Shown here piece after piece: positions 51,392-61,758 of a DNA stretch of 64,000 bases. Numbering within the stretch: the first letter of the stretch is position 1; each line of letters opens with the position of its first letter. The stretch spans positions 901,513 to 965,512 of the forward strand of contig CAVRJB010000019.1 in NCBI GenBank assembly GCA_963721385.1. Reading direction: 5' to 3'. The translations under genes and the position numbers were made by a program. The stretch comes from an uncultured Acidobacteriota bacterium. Lineage in GTDB: Bacteria; Acidobacteriota; Thermoanaerobaculia; UBA5066. The notes beneath the pieces are model-generated. The model saw only the letters and a program-made list of their open reading frames with translations, did not search any database and was not told the DNA's origin.

Positions 51392-52644
51392 CCCGGGGCC
51401 GGGGGCGTCTCGAGCTCGCTGCCGAAGACGCCCTCCCAGCGCGCGACGACCACCGCCGCGACGCAGTTGCCGACCAGGTTGATGGATGTACGGGCCATGT
51501 CCATCAGCTCGTCGACCGCGAGGATCATCGCCACGCCCGCCTCGCCCGGCAGGCCGAACGAGGCGCAGCCGGCGGCGATGATGACGAGCGAGGCCCGCGG
51601 CACGGCGGCGACGCCCTTCGTCGTCAGCATGAAGGTGAGGAGCATGGCGACCTGCTCGACGAGCGTCAGCTCGCGCCCGGCCGCCTGGGCGATCGTGAGC
51701 GTCGCGAGGACGATGTAGAGCGTCGAGCCGTCGAGGTTGAAGCTGTAACCGGCGGGGAGGACGAACCCGGCGACGCTCTTCGGGACGCCGAACTCCACGA
51801 TCCGCTCCAGCGCGCGCGGAAGCGCGGCTTCGGAGGAGGCGGTGGAAAAGGCGATCAGGAACGGCTCGCGGACCGCCCGGAAGAACTTCAGGACCGGGAC
51901 CCGTGCCAGCCTGAGGGCCGGAATCAGGACGATCAGCGCGAAGACGACGAGAGCCGCGTAGAGCGAGCCCACGAGCTTCGTGTAGCTTCCGAGGACCTGG
52001 ATGCCGTGGTGCGAGACGGCGCCCGCCATCGCCCCGAAGACGCCGAGCGGCGTCAGGGACATGACGTAGTCGGTCAGCTGGAAGAGGACCGCCACCGACG
52101 ACTCGAAGAAGCTGATGAAGGGACCGGCCTTCGCTCCGACGTGAGCGGCGGCGACGCCGAGGAGCGTCGCGAAGATGACGATCTGCAGGATGTCCTGCCG
52201 CACCATGGCGTCGAAGACGTTCGAAGGGAAGAGGTGGATGAGCGTCTCGACCGCCGTCTTCGGCTTGGCGAGCGTCTCGCCGGACGGGGGGAGGTGCAGG
52301 CCGACGCCGGGTTTGACGACGTGGGCGAAAACGAGTCCGATGACGAGGGCGATCGTCGTCGCGACCTCGAAGTAGATGAGCGCCTTCACGCCCATCCGCC
52401 CGACGGCCTTGATGTCGCCCGTCTTCCCGATCCCGAGGACGATCGTGGAGAGGATGAGGGGGACGACGAGCAGCTTGATCAGGTTGATGAACGCCCTCGA
52501 GAGGAAGCGGAACGTCTCGTAGGCCCCGGGGTATCTCTCGGCGGGGAGAGTGTGGCCGAGGACGACGCCGAGGATCAGCGCGTAGAAGATGAGGGCGGTC
52601 GACGACAGCCAGCCGGATCGCCGCCGGGCGGGCGCCCCGGTCAT
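51388..52644 (-). CDS. Dicarboxylate/amino acid:cation symporter (DAACS/SDF family, GltP/DctA-like)
   Basis: Within ORF 51388..52806, from ATG 52644. LIKLLVVPLILSTIVLGI..., SSEAALP, NLDGSTLY, KGVAAVPRASLV motifs. Confidence 0.85.
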   Translation of the reverse strand: MTGAPARRRSGWLSSTALIFYALILGVVLGHTLPAERYPGAYETFRFLSRAFINLIKLLVVPLILSTIVLGIGKTGDIKAVGRMGVKALIYFEVATTIALVIGLVFAHVVKPGVGLHLPPSGETLAKPKTAVETLIHLFPSNVFDAMVRQDILQIVIFATLLGVAAAHVGAKAGPFISFFESSVAVLFQLTDYVMSLTPLGVFGAMAGAVSHHGIQVLGSYTKLVGSLYAALVVFALIVLIPALRLARVPVLKFFRAVREPFLIAFSTASSEAALPRALERIVEFGVPKSVAGFVLPAGYSFNLDGSTLYIVLATLTIAQAAGRELTLVEQVAMLLTFMLTTKGVAAVPRASLVIIAAGCASFGLPGEAGVAMILAVDELMDMARTSINLVGNCVAAVVVARWEGVFGSELETPPAPG

Positions 52645-53294
52645 GCGGGCGATGTCCCGCGCCGGGCCCGCCAGGCCTTCCAGGCTTCCCGGAGGAGCGG
52701 CAGGGTCGAGATCAGGATGATCGCGATGATCGCGATCGAGAAGTTGTTCTTGACGACCGGGATGTTCCCGAAGAAGTAGCCGGCGAAGACGCAGGCCCCG
52801 ACCCACGCCACGCCGCCAATGACGTTGTAGGCGAGGAAGACGGGATAGTGCATCGACCCGACCCCGGCCACGAAGGGCGCGAAGGTCCGGATGATCGGGA
52901 CGAAGCGGGCCAGGATGATCGTCATCCGGCCGTGCCGCTCGTAGAAAGCCTCGGTCTTCCGGAGGTGCTCTTCCTTCAGGAAGCGGACGGTTCCCGTGAA
53001 GGCGCGGGGTCCGATCTTCTTTCCGATCCAGTAGTTCGCCGTGTCGCCGAGGATGGCGGCCGCGGAGAGGAGGCCGAAGAGGACCCAGGGGGAGAGCGAC
53101 CCGAGCGCCGCGAACGTCCCCGCCGCGAAGAGGAGGGAGTCCCCGGGAAGGAACGGCGTCACGACGAGCCCCGTCTCGAGGAAGACGATCAGAAAGAGGA
53201 TCAGGTAGGTCCAGGTCCCGTACTGCCGGAGGACCTCGGCGAGGTGCTTGTCGAGATGCAGGAACAGGTCCACCAGCTGCTTCACGAGATCCAT
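52641..53294 (-). CDS. dedA: DedA-family membrane protein
   Basis: Within ORF 52641..53447, from ATG 53294. FLETGLVVTPFLPGDSLLFAAG...ILARFVPIIRTFAPFVAGV. Confidence 0.85.
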   Translation of the reverse strand: MDLVKQLVDLFLHLDKHLAEVLRQYGTWTYLILFLIVFLETGLVVTPFLPGDSLLFAAGTFAALGSLSPWVLFGLLSAAAILGDTANYWIGKKIGPRAFTGTVRFLKEEHLRKTEAFYERHGRMTIILARFVPIIRTFAPFVAGVGSMHYPVFLAYNVIGGVAWVGACVFAGYFFGNIPVVKNNFSIAIIAIILISTLPLLREAWKAWRARRGTSPA

Positions 53295-53344
53295 CTGGGC
53301 CCTCTTTCGTCGGAGATTAACCGGAATCCCCCGGAGCCGGGATA

Positions 53345-55540
53345 ATGGGTGCCATGCCGAGGTTCGAGGACATCCTCGAGAAAGTGGAGAGCTACAACCC
53401 GAAGGTGGACGAGGAGTTGCTGCGCAAGGCCTACGTCGTCTCGGCACACGCCCACCGCAACCAGCTCCGCTCGTCGGGGGAGCCGTACCTCGTCCACCCG
53501 CTGAACGTGGCGATGATCCTCGCGGAGATGCGGCTCGACGAGGTCTCGATCGCGACGGGCCTCCTGCACGACGTCCTCGAGGACAGCGAGATGACGAAGG
53601 AACGGCTCCAGGAGCTGTTCGGGCCGGACGTCGCGCACCTCGTGGACGGCGTCTCGAAGATCAGCCGGTACGCCTTCACCTCTCGGGAGGCTCGCCAGGC
53701 CGAGACCTTCCGCAAGATGCTCCTCGCGATGACGGACGATCTCAGGGTGATCCTCGTCAAGCTCGCGGACCGCCTCCACAACATGAGGACGCTCGAGCAC
53801 CTCTCGGACGAGAAACGCCGGGCGATCTCGGTCGAGACGATGGAGATCTACGCGCCGCTCGCGAACCGGCTCGGCATGGGCAAGGTGAAGGGCGAGCTCG
53901 AGGACCTGTCGTTCCGGTTCCTTTACCCGGACGAGTGGGCCACGCTGAATACGGCCGTAGACGAGCGGCTCAGGGCCTCGTCGGCGAACGTCGAGAAGAT
54001 CCGGCGCGAGCTCCTCGAGAAGATCCACGCGGCGGGCCTCGAGGCCGAGGTGACGGGGCGCGTCAAGCGGGCGTGGTCGATCCGGCAGAAGCTCTCGCGC
54101 CAGCAGATCCCGCTCGACCAGCTCTACGACATCCTCGCGTTCCGGGTCCTCGTCGACACGATCCCGGCCTGCTACAGCGTCCTCGGGATCGTCCACCAGG
54201 CCTGGCGCCCGCTCCCGGGGCGGATCAAGGACTACATCGCGATGCCGAAGCCGAACTTCTATCAGTCGCTCCACACGACTCTCGTCCCGGAGAAGTCCCC
54301 GCCGTTCGAGATCCAGATCCGGACGGGCGAGATGGACCTGATCGCCGAGAACGGCATCGCGGCGCACTGGAAGTACAAGGAAGGGAAGCTCGACCCCCGG
54401 GCGGACGAGGCCTCGATCGGGATGGTGCGGCAGCTGCTCGAAACGACGAAGGAGATCTCCGACCCGCGTGAGTTCCTCTCGGCGCTCCGGATCGACCTCT
54501 ACCCGGACGACGTCTACACGTTTTCGCCGAAGGGCGCCGTCTTCTCGTTCCCGCGCGGGGCAACGCCGGTCGACTTCGCCTACCGGATCCACACCGACAT
54601 CGGCCACCGCTGTGTCGGATCGCGCGTCAACGGGCGCCTCGTTCCGCTGAAGACGCCACTGGCAAACGGCGACATCGTCGAGATCCTCACGTCCCCCACG
54701 GCCCAGCCCTCCCGCGACTGGCTCGGCTTCGTGGTGACGACACGCGCGAAGAACAAGATCCGCGCCTTCATCCACGGGGCCGAGAAGGAGAAGTCGATCG
54801 AGATCGGGCGCCGGCTCCTCGACCGCGAGCTGAAGAAGTTCAAGAAGAGCCTGCCGCGCCTCCTCGAGGCAAAGGCGTTCGACGGCTTCCTCGGTGACTT
54901 CGGCGCCGCGAAGGTGGAGGACCTGATTGCCGACGTCGGCTACGGGAAGGTCTCGCCCAAGCTGGTCGTCTCCCGGCTGCTGCCGCCCGACGCGGCCGAG
55001 ACTCCGGCCCCCGTCCCGTCGCGCGTCACGACGCTCCGGAACGCCGTCCGGCGCGTCCTGCCGTTCGGCCCGACGGCCGGGATCCGCGTGAAGGGAGAGA
55101 ACGACCTCCTTGCGACGCTCGCCGAATGTTGCCGTCCCGTCCCCGGGGACGAGATCGTCGGCTACGTCACGCGCGGACGTGGGGTCTCGGTCCATGGGAC
55201 GGCATGCCCGAACGTCCGAAACCTGCTCTTCGATCCCGCCCGGGAGATCGAGGTCGAGTGGCAGAGCGCGAAGGATTCGTCCTTCACCGTGGACCTCGAG
55301 ATCCGAACCGAGGACCGCCCGGGGATGCTGGCGAAGATCACGCATGTGATCTCCGCCGCGAACTCGAACATCCGGGCGATCGAGGCGCGGACGTCCCGCG
55401 ACGGGACGGCCACGATCGAGGGGAGCGTCACGACCCGGGACCGGCGCCACCTCGAGAAGCTTCTCCTGACGCTCCGGGCCCTGCCCGGGGTCACCGAGGT
55501 CCGGCGGCGGTTCAACCTTTCGGGTGTCGAGGCGGGCTGA
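53345..55540 (+). CDS. relA: Bifunctional (p)ppGpp synthetase/hydrolase (RelA/SpoT homolog)
   Basis: ORF 53345..55540, 731 aa. HD hydrolase (HPLNVAMIL...LLHDVLED), synthetase domain (ILAFRVLV...YQSLHTT), TGS, and ACT at the C-terminus. Confidence 0.92.
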   Translation: MGAMPRFEDILEKVESYNPKVDEELLRKAYVVSAHAHRNQLRSSGEPYLVHPLNVAMILAEMRLDEVSIATGLLHDVLEDSEMTKERLQELFGPDVAHLVDGVSKISRYAFTSREARQAETFRKMLLAMTDDLRVILVKLADRLHNMRTLEHLSDEKRRAISVETMEIYAPLANRLGMGKVKGELEDLSFRFLYPDEWATLNTAVDERLRASSANVEKIRRELLEKIHAAGLEAEVTGRVKRAWSIRQKLSRQQIPLDQLYDILAFRVLVDTIPACYSVLGIVHQAWRPLPGRIKDYIAMPKPNFYQSLHTTLVPEKSPPFEIQIRTGEMDLIAENGIAAHWKYKEGKLDPRADEASIGMVRQLLETTKEISDPREFLSALRIDLYPDDVYTFSPKGAVFSFPRGATPVDFAYRIHTDIGHRCVGSRVNGRLVPLKTPLANGDIVEILTSPTAQPSRDWLGFVVTTRAKNKIRAFIHGAEKEKSIEIGRRLLDRELKKFKKSLPRLLEAKAFDGFLGDFGAAKVEDLIADVGYGKVSPKLVVSRLLPPDAAETPAPVPSRVTTLRNAVRRVLPFGPTAGIRVKGENDLLATLAECCRPVPGDEIVGYVTRGRGVSVHGTACPNVRNLLFDPAREIEVEWQSAKDSSFTVDLEIRTEDRPGMLAKITHVISAANSNIRAIEARTSRDGTATIEGSVTTRDRRHLEKLLLTLRALPGVTEVRRRFNLSGVEAG

Positions 55541-55548
55541 AATGAATC

Positions 55549-55575
55549 GGGGGAACCCGGCGGCCGGGTTCCCCC
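55549..55575. terminator. GC-rich hairpin between convergent relA and rpmB (candidate bidirectional terminator)
   Basis: gggggaacccgg-cgg-ccgggttccccc: perfect 12-nt arms (55549-55560 / 55564-55575). U-tracts are weak on both strands. Confidence 0.45.
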
Positions 55576-55621
55576 AATCCCCCTCCGCGCCTCGCGAAGG
55601 GGCCGCTGACGGGCGGTCGGC

Positions 55622-55816
55622 CTATCTAACGACCTTCGTGACCTTGCCGCTGCGCAGACAGCGTGTACAGACGTTCAACCGCTTCGAGCCGCCCGGGGTC
55701 GCCGTCCGGACGGACTTGAGGTTCGGGCGGAATCGGCGGTTGGAAACGTTGTGAGCGTGGCTGATCCGGTGGCCGGCCACCGAGGTCTTCCCGCAGATGT
55801 CGCAGCCGTGGGCCAT
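55622..55816 (-). CDS. rpmB: 50S ribosomal protein L28
   Basis: ORF 55622..55816: MAHGCDICGKTSVAGHRISHAHNVSNRRFRPNLKSV... Confidence 0.92.
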   Translation of the reverse strand: MAHGCDICGKTSVAGHRISHAHNVSNRRFRPNLKSVRTATPGGSKRLNVCTRCLRSGKVTKVVR

Positions 55817-56010
55817 GCTGATCCTTCCTCGCCCGTCCCGGCGACAGGCGCGAGACTATACCGTTTCACCCTTGCGGGCGCAAGGGAAATCGTGAAGATC
55901 GAGGTACTTGACAGGTGGCGGGGGGGAAGCGGGAAAATAACCCTCGGAATTCTGCCTATAGAGATTTGGTCCCCCGCGTCGGCGTTTCAGGAGGGGAGGG
56001 TAGCCGAACC

Positions 56011-57066
56011 GTGTTGTTCCGGAAACCCAAAAACCTGATCGGACTCGACATCGGCTCGTCCGCCGTCAAGCTGGTGGAGTTCCGTGAAGGCAAAGAAGGA
56101 ACCTACCAGCTCGTGAAGGCGGGTCTCGAGACCCTCTCGCCCGAAGCGATCGTGGACGGCTCGATCATGGACTCGTCCCTGGTCGTCGAGACGATCTCGC
56201 GCCTCATGGCCGCAACCGGGGTCAAGGGGCAGAATGTCGCCGTCTCGGTCTCCGGGCACTCCGTCATCGTCAAGAAGATCCTCCTGCCGACGATGCCCGA
56301 GGAGGAGCTTTCCGAGTCGATCCGGTGGGAGGCCGAGCAGTACGTCCCGTTCGACATCAACGATGTCTACCTCGACTACGTCGTCCTCGACCCCGGCGCC
56401 GTCGGGGAGACGATGGCCGTCCTCCTCGTGGCGGCCAAGAAGGAAAAGGTGGACGACTTCAAGAACGTCGTCACGCAGGCGGGCCGGATCCCGTCCCTCG
56501 TCGATGTGGACGTTTTCGCCTTGCAGAACTGCTACGAGGTGAACTACGGCCTCGACCCCGGGCGGGTCGTGGCGCTCGTGAACATCGGGGCCTCCGTCAT
56601 GAACGTGAACATCGTCGCGCAGGGCCAGACGGTCTTCTGGCGGGACATCACGTTCGGCGGCAACCAGTTCACCGACGCCTTGCAGAAAGCCTACTCCCTC
56701 AACTTCGAGCAGGCCGAGGCGCTCAAGAAGGGCGAGCCGGTTGCGGGGCAGACCGCCCAGTCGATCCAGCCGGTCCTGACCGGCGTCTCGGAGGACGTCG
56801 CCGCCGAGCTGCAGAAGACGATCGACTTCTTTCAGGCCACGTCGGGCTCCGACCGGGTGGACTCGATCATGCTCTCGGGAGGCAGCTCGAAGGTCACGCA
56901 CCTCGACGAGGTTCTGAAGGAGAAGTTCACGCTGCCGGTCGAGCCGCTCAATCCGTTCCGGTCGATCTTCACCGATGACCGCGCCGTGGACGCGGCCTGG
57001 CTCTCCGAGCATTCCCCCTCGCTCGCCGTCGCCGTCGGGCTCGGCGTGAGGCGGATCGGCGAGTAG
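56011..57066 (+). CDS. pilM: Type IV pilus assembly ATPase-like protein PilM
   Basis: Within ORF 55915..57066, likely GTG 56011: LFRKPKNLIGLDIGSSAVKLVEF...; actin-like fold motifs. Confidence 0.88.
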   Translation: MLFRKPKNLIGLDIGSSAVKLVEFREGKEGTYQLVKAGLETLSPEAIVDGSIMDSSLVVETISRLMAATGVKGQNVAVSVSGHSVIVKKILLPTMPEEELSESIRWEAEQYVPFDINDVYLDYVVLDPGAVGETMAVLLVAAKKEKVDDFKNVVTQAGRIPSLVDVDVFALQNCYEVNYGLDPGRVVALVNIGASVMNVNIVAQGQTVFWRDITFGGNQFTDALQKAYSLNFEQAEALKKGEPVAGQTAQSIQPVLTGVSEDVAAELQKTIDFFQATSGSDRVDSIMLSGGSSKVTHLDEVLKEKFTLPVEPLNPFRSIFTDDRAVDAAWLSEHSPSLAVAVGLGVRRIGE

Positions 57067-57077
57067 AGAGACGCGCC

Positions 57078-57746
57078 ATGATCCGAATCAACCTTCTCGC
57101 CGAAGCCAAGCCGGCCAAGAAAAAGAGAGGCGTCGCCGCCTTCGGAAGCGGCGGACGCCTCAACACGGTCCTCATCGGCGGTGCCGTGGGTGTCGCGGTG
57201 CTCGCAGGCCTGATCCACTACTTCGTCCTGTCGTCGGCGATCAAGGCGCAGCAGGAGAAGATCCGCGTCGCCCAGGTCGAGGTGACTCGGCTCGAAACCG
57301 TCCTGAAAGAGGTCAGGGATTTCGAACAGAAGAAGGTGCGGCTCCAGAAGAAAGTCGATCTGATCAACCTTCTCAAGGTGAACCAGCGGGGTCCTGTGCG
57401 GCTCATGGACGAGGTCTCCAAGGCACTTCCCGACCTCGTCTGGCTCGAAAAGCTGGACTACCGGGGGAACTCGATCTCGTTCGACGGAAAGGCCTTCAAC
57501 CCGCCGGCCGTGGCGAACTTCCTCGAGAATCTGAAGCGTGTTCCGGCCTTCCAGGAACCGAAAGTGGAGTTCTCGGCCTGCGGAGGCGCGGGAGGCGCCC
57601 AGCTCTATTGCTTCAAGATGTCGTTCCTCTTCTCGACGCTCGACAAGACGCAGCCCGATGCCTCGGGGCCGAAGGCCCCGGGGACAACGGCGGTTCCGGG
57701 GAAGACGGCGGGTGCGCCGGCGCCCGGCGCCGGGCCGGGGATGTGA
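57078..57746 (+). CDS. pilN: Type IV pilus assembly protein PilN
   Basis: ORF 57078..57746. MIRINLL start, one TM, coiled coil; position after pilM. Confidence 0.85.
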   Translation: MIRINLLAEAKPAKKKRGVAAFGSGGRLNTVLIGGAVGVAVLAGLIHYFVLSSAIKAQQEKIRVAQVEVTRLETVLKEVRDFEQKKVRLQKKVDLINLLKVNQRGPVRLMDEVSKALPDLVWLEKLDYRGNSISFDGKAFNPPAVANFLENLKRVPAFQEPKVEFSACGGAGGAQLYCFKMSFLFSTLDKTQPDASGPKAPGTTAVPGKTAGAPAPGAGPGM

Positions 57747-57753
57747 GGACGCC

Positions 57754-58410
57754 ATGGCCATCGACCTGAAGCAGCTCGAAGGCAAGCCGTGGTACTACGG
57801 ACTCGGGCTCGGCGTCCTCCTCGCCGGGCTCCTCTACGCCGCCGCCTACTTCTACCTTCCGAACTTCAGCGAGATGAAGCAGCAGCTCGAGGCGAAGAAA
57901 GCCGAGCTCACCCAGCTGAACGAGAAGATTGCGCAGGGGCGCGCGGCCGAGCGCCGGTTGCCGCAGCTTCGCGAGGAAGTCCGCCGCACGGAACTCGACC
58001 TGCAGCGGCTGCTCCAGGTGCTGCCGACGACGCGGAACGCGGAGGAACTCATCAAGCGCTTCGAGGCGCTCGCTCGCCAGGGCGACTTCTTCCTGAAGAA
58101 GTTCCAGCCCAAGGAGTACATCACCAAGGACTTCTACGCCGAGTGGCCGATCGAGATCCAGATCGACGGCACCTACCACAACCTGGCGCTCTTCTTCGAC
58201 AAGATGGCGCGGTTCTCGCGGATCATCAACGTCGAGGACCTCGTCATGATCGGGATCTCCGACCCGGCCGGGGGGAAGACGCTGGGGGCGAACTTCACGG
58301 CGAAGACCTTCATCTACCTGGGCGACCAGGAGCCGGCCGCCCCTCCGCCGGGAAAGGCGAAGCCGAAGCCCGCGCCGGGGGGACAGAAGGAAGAGAGGAT
58401 CGACGGATGA
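57754..58410 (+). CDS. pilO: Type IV pilus assembly protein PilO
   Basis: Within ORF 57538..58410, from ATG 57754 (GAGGA SD). TM + coiled coil + YHNLALFFDKMARFSRIINV. Confidence 0.85.
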   Translation: MAIDLKQLEGKPWYYGLGLGVLLAGLLYAAAYFYLPNFSEMKQQLEAKKAELTQLNEKIAQGRAAERRLPQLREEVRRTELDLQRLLQVLPTTRNAEELIKRFEALARQGDFFLKKFQPKEYITKDFYAEWPIEIQIDGTYHNLALFFDKMARFSRIINVEDLVMIGISDPAGGKTLGANFTAKTFIYLGDQEPAAPPPGKAKPKPAPGGQKEERIDG

Positions 58411-58889
58411 GGCCTCTCCGTTTCTTCTCGTCGGTCGTCCTCCTCTCCGCCGCTCCGGCGGCGCTCGGGCAGGCAAAAGGAACCCCACCCGCGACGCCCC
58501 CGCCGGCGCCTGAAGCCGCCAAGCCCGCCGAGCTCGAGTCGGGCCCGGCCTACACCTACGAGGTGAGCGGGCGGCGGGACCCGTTCCGGTCCCTCCTGGT
58601 CCGCAATACCGTCGACCGGGACCGCGTCCGGCCTCCCGGCCTCGCCGGCGTCATGGTGGACGAGATCGAGCTCCAGGGTACGGTCCGGACGAAGGGCGGA
58701 TGGCTCGCCATGGTCCGCGCCGCCGACAACCGCTCGTACCTGATCCGGAAGGGCCAGGCGCTGTTCGACGGTGAAGTCATCGAGATCACAGCGGTCGAAG
58801 TCATCTTCCGGCAGAACGTCAACGACCCGACGAATCCGAAGCCTTTCCGCGAGGTGACCAAGTCGCTGGGTCTCCAGAGGAAACGGTGA
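58407..58889 (+). CDS. pilP: Type IV pilus assembly protein PilP
   Basis: Within ORF 57789..58889, from ATG 58407 (ATGA overlap). Signal peptide, RDPFRSLL motif, beta-sandwich region. Confidence 0.8.
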   Translation: MRPLRFFSSVVLLSAAPAALGQAKGTPPATPPPAPEAAKPAELESGPAYTYEVSGRRDPFRSLLVRNTVDRDRVRPPGLAGVMVDEIELQGTVRTKGGWLAMVRAADNRSYLIRKGQALFDGEVIEITAVEVIFRQNVNDPTNPKPFREVTKSLGLQRKR

Positions 58890-58954
58890 CGAGGGAACGC
58901 CTGATGACGCTCACCGATAGGTCGTCCCGGGCCTCGCATTCCGGGGGAGGAAGC

Positions 58955-61744
58955 ATGCTGCGAATTCGATGGGGCCTCCCAGCCCGACTCCCGGTTCTGG
59001 TCGCGCTCCTCGGACTGACGGTCGCCTGCGCGACGCAGCCCGCTGCCGAAACGGCGGCGGGGGTCGCCGGGAGCGGACCTGCCGTTCTGACCGGAGCCAC
59101 GCTGCTCACCGACGGTGATGCGCCGCGACTTCTTCTTTCCGGCTCGGGGCGCCTCTCGCCCACGGTTTTCAGCCGCGAGGGTCACCTGAAGATCGTCGTC
59201 GACCTGGCCGACACGGTCGCCTCGGCCGGCCTCGAGCCGCCCCGCGCCGACGGGACGGTCCTTTCGAAGGTCGAGATGAGGTCCTTCACCGAGCTCGGTA
59301 AGCCGCACGTCCAGTTCGAGCTGACGGCCCGGGCCGCGGTCGATCCGAGAATCGGCAGTGAGCCGGGCTCGACCGCCACCGCGATCGTCCTCGACCGGAC
59401 GACGGCGGCCGCCGCCGCCGCCGCACCGGCCCCTGAAGGGCCGGCGGAGGTGAAGCTCCCCGAGGCCCCGGCCGTCACGGTCGAGGCCCTCCCCTCGGCC
59501 TCCGCCATGAAGGCTCCGGCCGCTCCCGCGACGCCGTCCCTCGTCGCGGCATCGACGTCGGCGCCTCCGCCGGCCGACGTGGCGCCGGTGCCAGTGAAGC
59601 ACGCGGCGGCCGGCATTCCCGCGACGCGCCTCGCGGCCGTCAGCCTCAAGCCGGGAACGGGCGGCACGATGGTGACGCTGGCCGGCGACGGCTCCTTTGC
59701 CTACGAGACTTTCCGGCTCGAGAACCCTCCGCGGTTCGTGATCGACCTGCCGGGCGTCGTGAACGGCGCCGGAAAGAAGGTGCAGGACGCCCACTCGGCC
59801 GCGCTCACGCGCGTCCGGGTGTCGCAGTTCCGCGGCGGTCCCGACCCGGTGACGCGCGTGGTCTTCGACCTCGCCTCGGCGGCGGACGAACCGTCGATCT
59901 CCCCCGCCCCGAGTGGCCTCCGGGTGACGTTCCGGGCCTCCGCGCCGCGCGAGGCGGCTCAGCCCGTCATCTCCCCGCCGGCCTTGTCTCCGGCGCCGGT
60001 CCAGGTCGCGGCGGTTCCTTCCGCCGCGTCGTACGAAAAGCACGAAGTGGAGGACCCTGCCGAGAAGGTCGTCCCCGCACCCGCTCCGGCCGTGCCGGCG
60101 CCCGAGCCCGTTGCCGCGGCTTCGGCGACAGGACCGGCCTCCCAGCCGGCCCTGGTCGTTGCGGCGCCCGAGCCGGTCGCGGTCGTCGCAGCGGCATCGC
60201 CCGCGCCGGCCCAGGAAACGCAGGCGACTCCGGCGGCTCCCGCTCCGGCCCCGGCGGCGCCGGCGATGGCGCCACCGCCGCAACCCGTGAACGCCGCTCC
60301 GGCGCCGGCACCGGTCGCCCCGGCGGCGCCGCAACTGGTTCCGTCGTCTCCCGAAGTCAGGGAAATCAAGGTCGTTCCGCCCGCGGCAAAGCCCGCGTCG
60401 GCGAAGAAGCGGGCGACGAGCGAGGACAAGGCCCTGATCGAGGCGGCCGAGGCGCTCCTCAACCAGCAGGACGCCACCGGCAAGGGGAAGACGGAGCTGC
60501 AGAGCGCCTTCGAGACGAAGACCCTCGGCGCCGGGGACAAGCAGTACACGGGCGAGCCGATCACGCTGAACCTCAAGGACGCCGACATCAAGGACACGCT
60601 CCAGCGCTTCAGCGAGCTGACGCAGCTGAACATCGTCCTCGACCCGGACGTCCGGGGCACCGTGACGGTGAGCCTGCAGGACATCCCCTGGGACCAGGCG
60701 CTCGAGCTGATCCTCAAGATCAACCAGCTCGGCTACGTCCTCGAGGGGAACGTCATGCGGATCGCCTCGACCGCCAAGCTCGCGCAGGAAGAGACCGGGC
60801 GGCTGGCGTTCCTCCGGGCCCAGGACCAGAACCGGCCGATGAAGACGGTGCTGCAACGCGTCTCCTACGCCAACGCCGACTCGATAGCCGCTGTCGCAAA
60901 AAAGGTGATGTCGTCCCGGGGAGACATCTACGTCGACACGCGCTCCAACACGCTCATCATCAAGGAGCTTCCAGACTACCTGCCGACCGTTCTCGACCTG
61001 GTCAGGAACATCGACATTCCGAATCCGCAGGTCATGATCGAGACGCGGATCATCGAGGCGACGAGGACGTTCTCGCAGGACCTCGGCATCGTCTGGGGGT
61101 TCCAGGCGAATTCCAGCGCCGCCACCGGCAACACGACCGGGCTGGTCTTCCCGAACACCGGATCCGTCGCGGGCCTCGTGTCGCTTCCGAGCGGTGCTCC
61201 GACCGTCCTGTCGCTCGCGGCCGCCAACGTGCTCGACACGTTCAAGCTCAACGCGGAGATCCACGCCGCCGAGGCGCGGGGCCTCGTGAAGGTCATTTCG
61301 ACGCCGAAGGTGCAGACCCAGACGGGCGAGCAGGCGTCGATCCAGTCCGGATTCCAGATCCCGGTTCAGACGACCGTCAACAACACGACGACGGTCCTCT
61401 ACATCAACGCGACGCTCCGCCTCGACGTGACGCCGCACATCACGACCGAGGGGACGATCATCATGGACGTCACGGTCCAGAAGCGCGAGCCGGCCGTCGG
61501 TATCAACATCTCCGGCGGGCAGAACATTCCGCTGACGACGCGCGATGCGAAGACGAGGCTCATGGTCCGTGACGGCGGGACCGCCGTCATCGGCGGCATC
61601 TTCAAGCTGACGACCAACGACGGCCAGTCGATGATCCCGGGCCTGTGGAAGATCCCGGTTCTCGGCAACCTGTTCCGGAGCCGGACGAAGCGGGAAGACA
61701 CCGACGAGCTGATGATCTTCATCACGCCGCGGATCATGAGGTAG
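58955..61744 (+). CDS. pilQ: Type IV pilus secretin PilQ (lipobox, 2 AMIN domains, long Ala/Pro linker, secretin)
   Basis: ORF 58886..61744. Best start is ATG 58955 (GGAGGA SD; MLRIRWGLPARLPVLVALLGLTVAC). AMIN-like LKIVVDLADTV and PRFVIDLPGVV...TRVVFDL. Ala/Pro-rich tract 59940-60420. Secretin C-terminus ...GIPVLGNLFR....ELMIFITPRI. Confidence 0.88.
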   Translation: MLRIRWGLPARLPVLVALLGLTVACATQPAAETAAGVAGSGPAVLTGATLLTDGDAPRLLLSGSGRLSPTVFSREGHLKIVVDLADTVASAGLEPPRADGTVLSKVEMRSFTELGKPHVQFELTARAAVDPRIGSEPGSTATAIVLDRTTAAAAAAAPAPEGPAEVKLPEAPAVTVEALPSASAMKAPAAPATPSLVAASTSAPPPADVAPVPVKHAAAGIPATRLAAVSLKPGTGGTMVTLAGDGSFAYETFRLENPPRFVIDLPGVVNGAGKKVQDAHSAALTRVRVSQFRGGPDPVTRVVFDLASAADEPSISPAPSGLRVTFRASAPREAAQPVISPPALSPAPVQVAAVPSAASYEKHEVEDPAEKVVPAPAPAVPAPEPVAAASATGPASQPALVVAAPEPVAVVAAASPAPAQETQATPAAPAPAPAAPAMAPPPQPVNAAPAPAPVAPAAPQLVPSSPEVREIKVVPPAAKPASAKKRATSEDKALIEAAEALLNQQDATGKGKTELQSAFETKTLGAGDKQYTGEPITLNLKDADIKDTLQRFSELTQLNIVLDPDVRGTVTVSLQDIPWDQALELILKINQLGYVLEGNVMRIASTAKLAQEETGRLAFLRAQDQNRPMKTVLQRVSYANADSIAAVAKKVMSSRGDIYVDTRSNTLIIKELPDYLPTVLDLVRNIDIPNPQVMIETRIIEATRTFSQDLGIVWGFQANSSAATGNTTGLVFPNTGSVAGLVSLPSGAPTVLSLAAANVLDTFKLNAEIHAAEARGLVKVISTPKVQTQTGEQASIQSGFQIPVQTTVNNTTTVLYINATLRLDVTPHITTEGTIIMDVTVQKREPAVGINISGGQNIPLTTRDAKTRLMVRDGGTAVIGGIFKLTTNDGQSMIPGLWKIPVLGNLFRSRTKREDTDELMIFITPRIMR

Positions 61745-61758
61745 AAGGGGTGAGGCGC

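Noticed and set aside
55908-55960. TTGACA (55908-55913) and TATAGA (~55956) in the rpmB/pilM divergent spacer as a sigma-70 promoter. Also the small hairpin cccttgcg..cgcaaggg (55869-55886).
   Set aside because: The spacing between the two hexamers is ~40 nt. The alternative -10 candidates (GAAAAT at ~55933) are weak, and the hairpin loop is too short. Too speculative to annotate.
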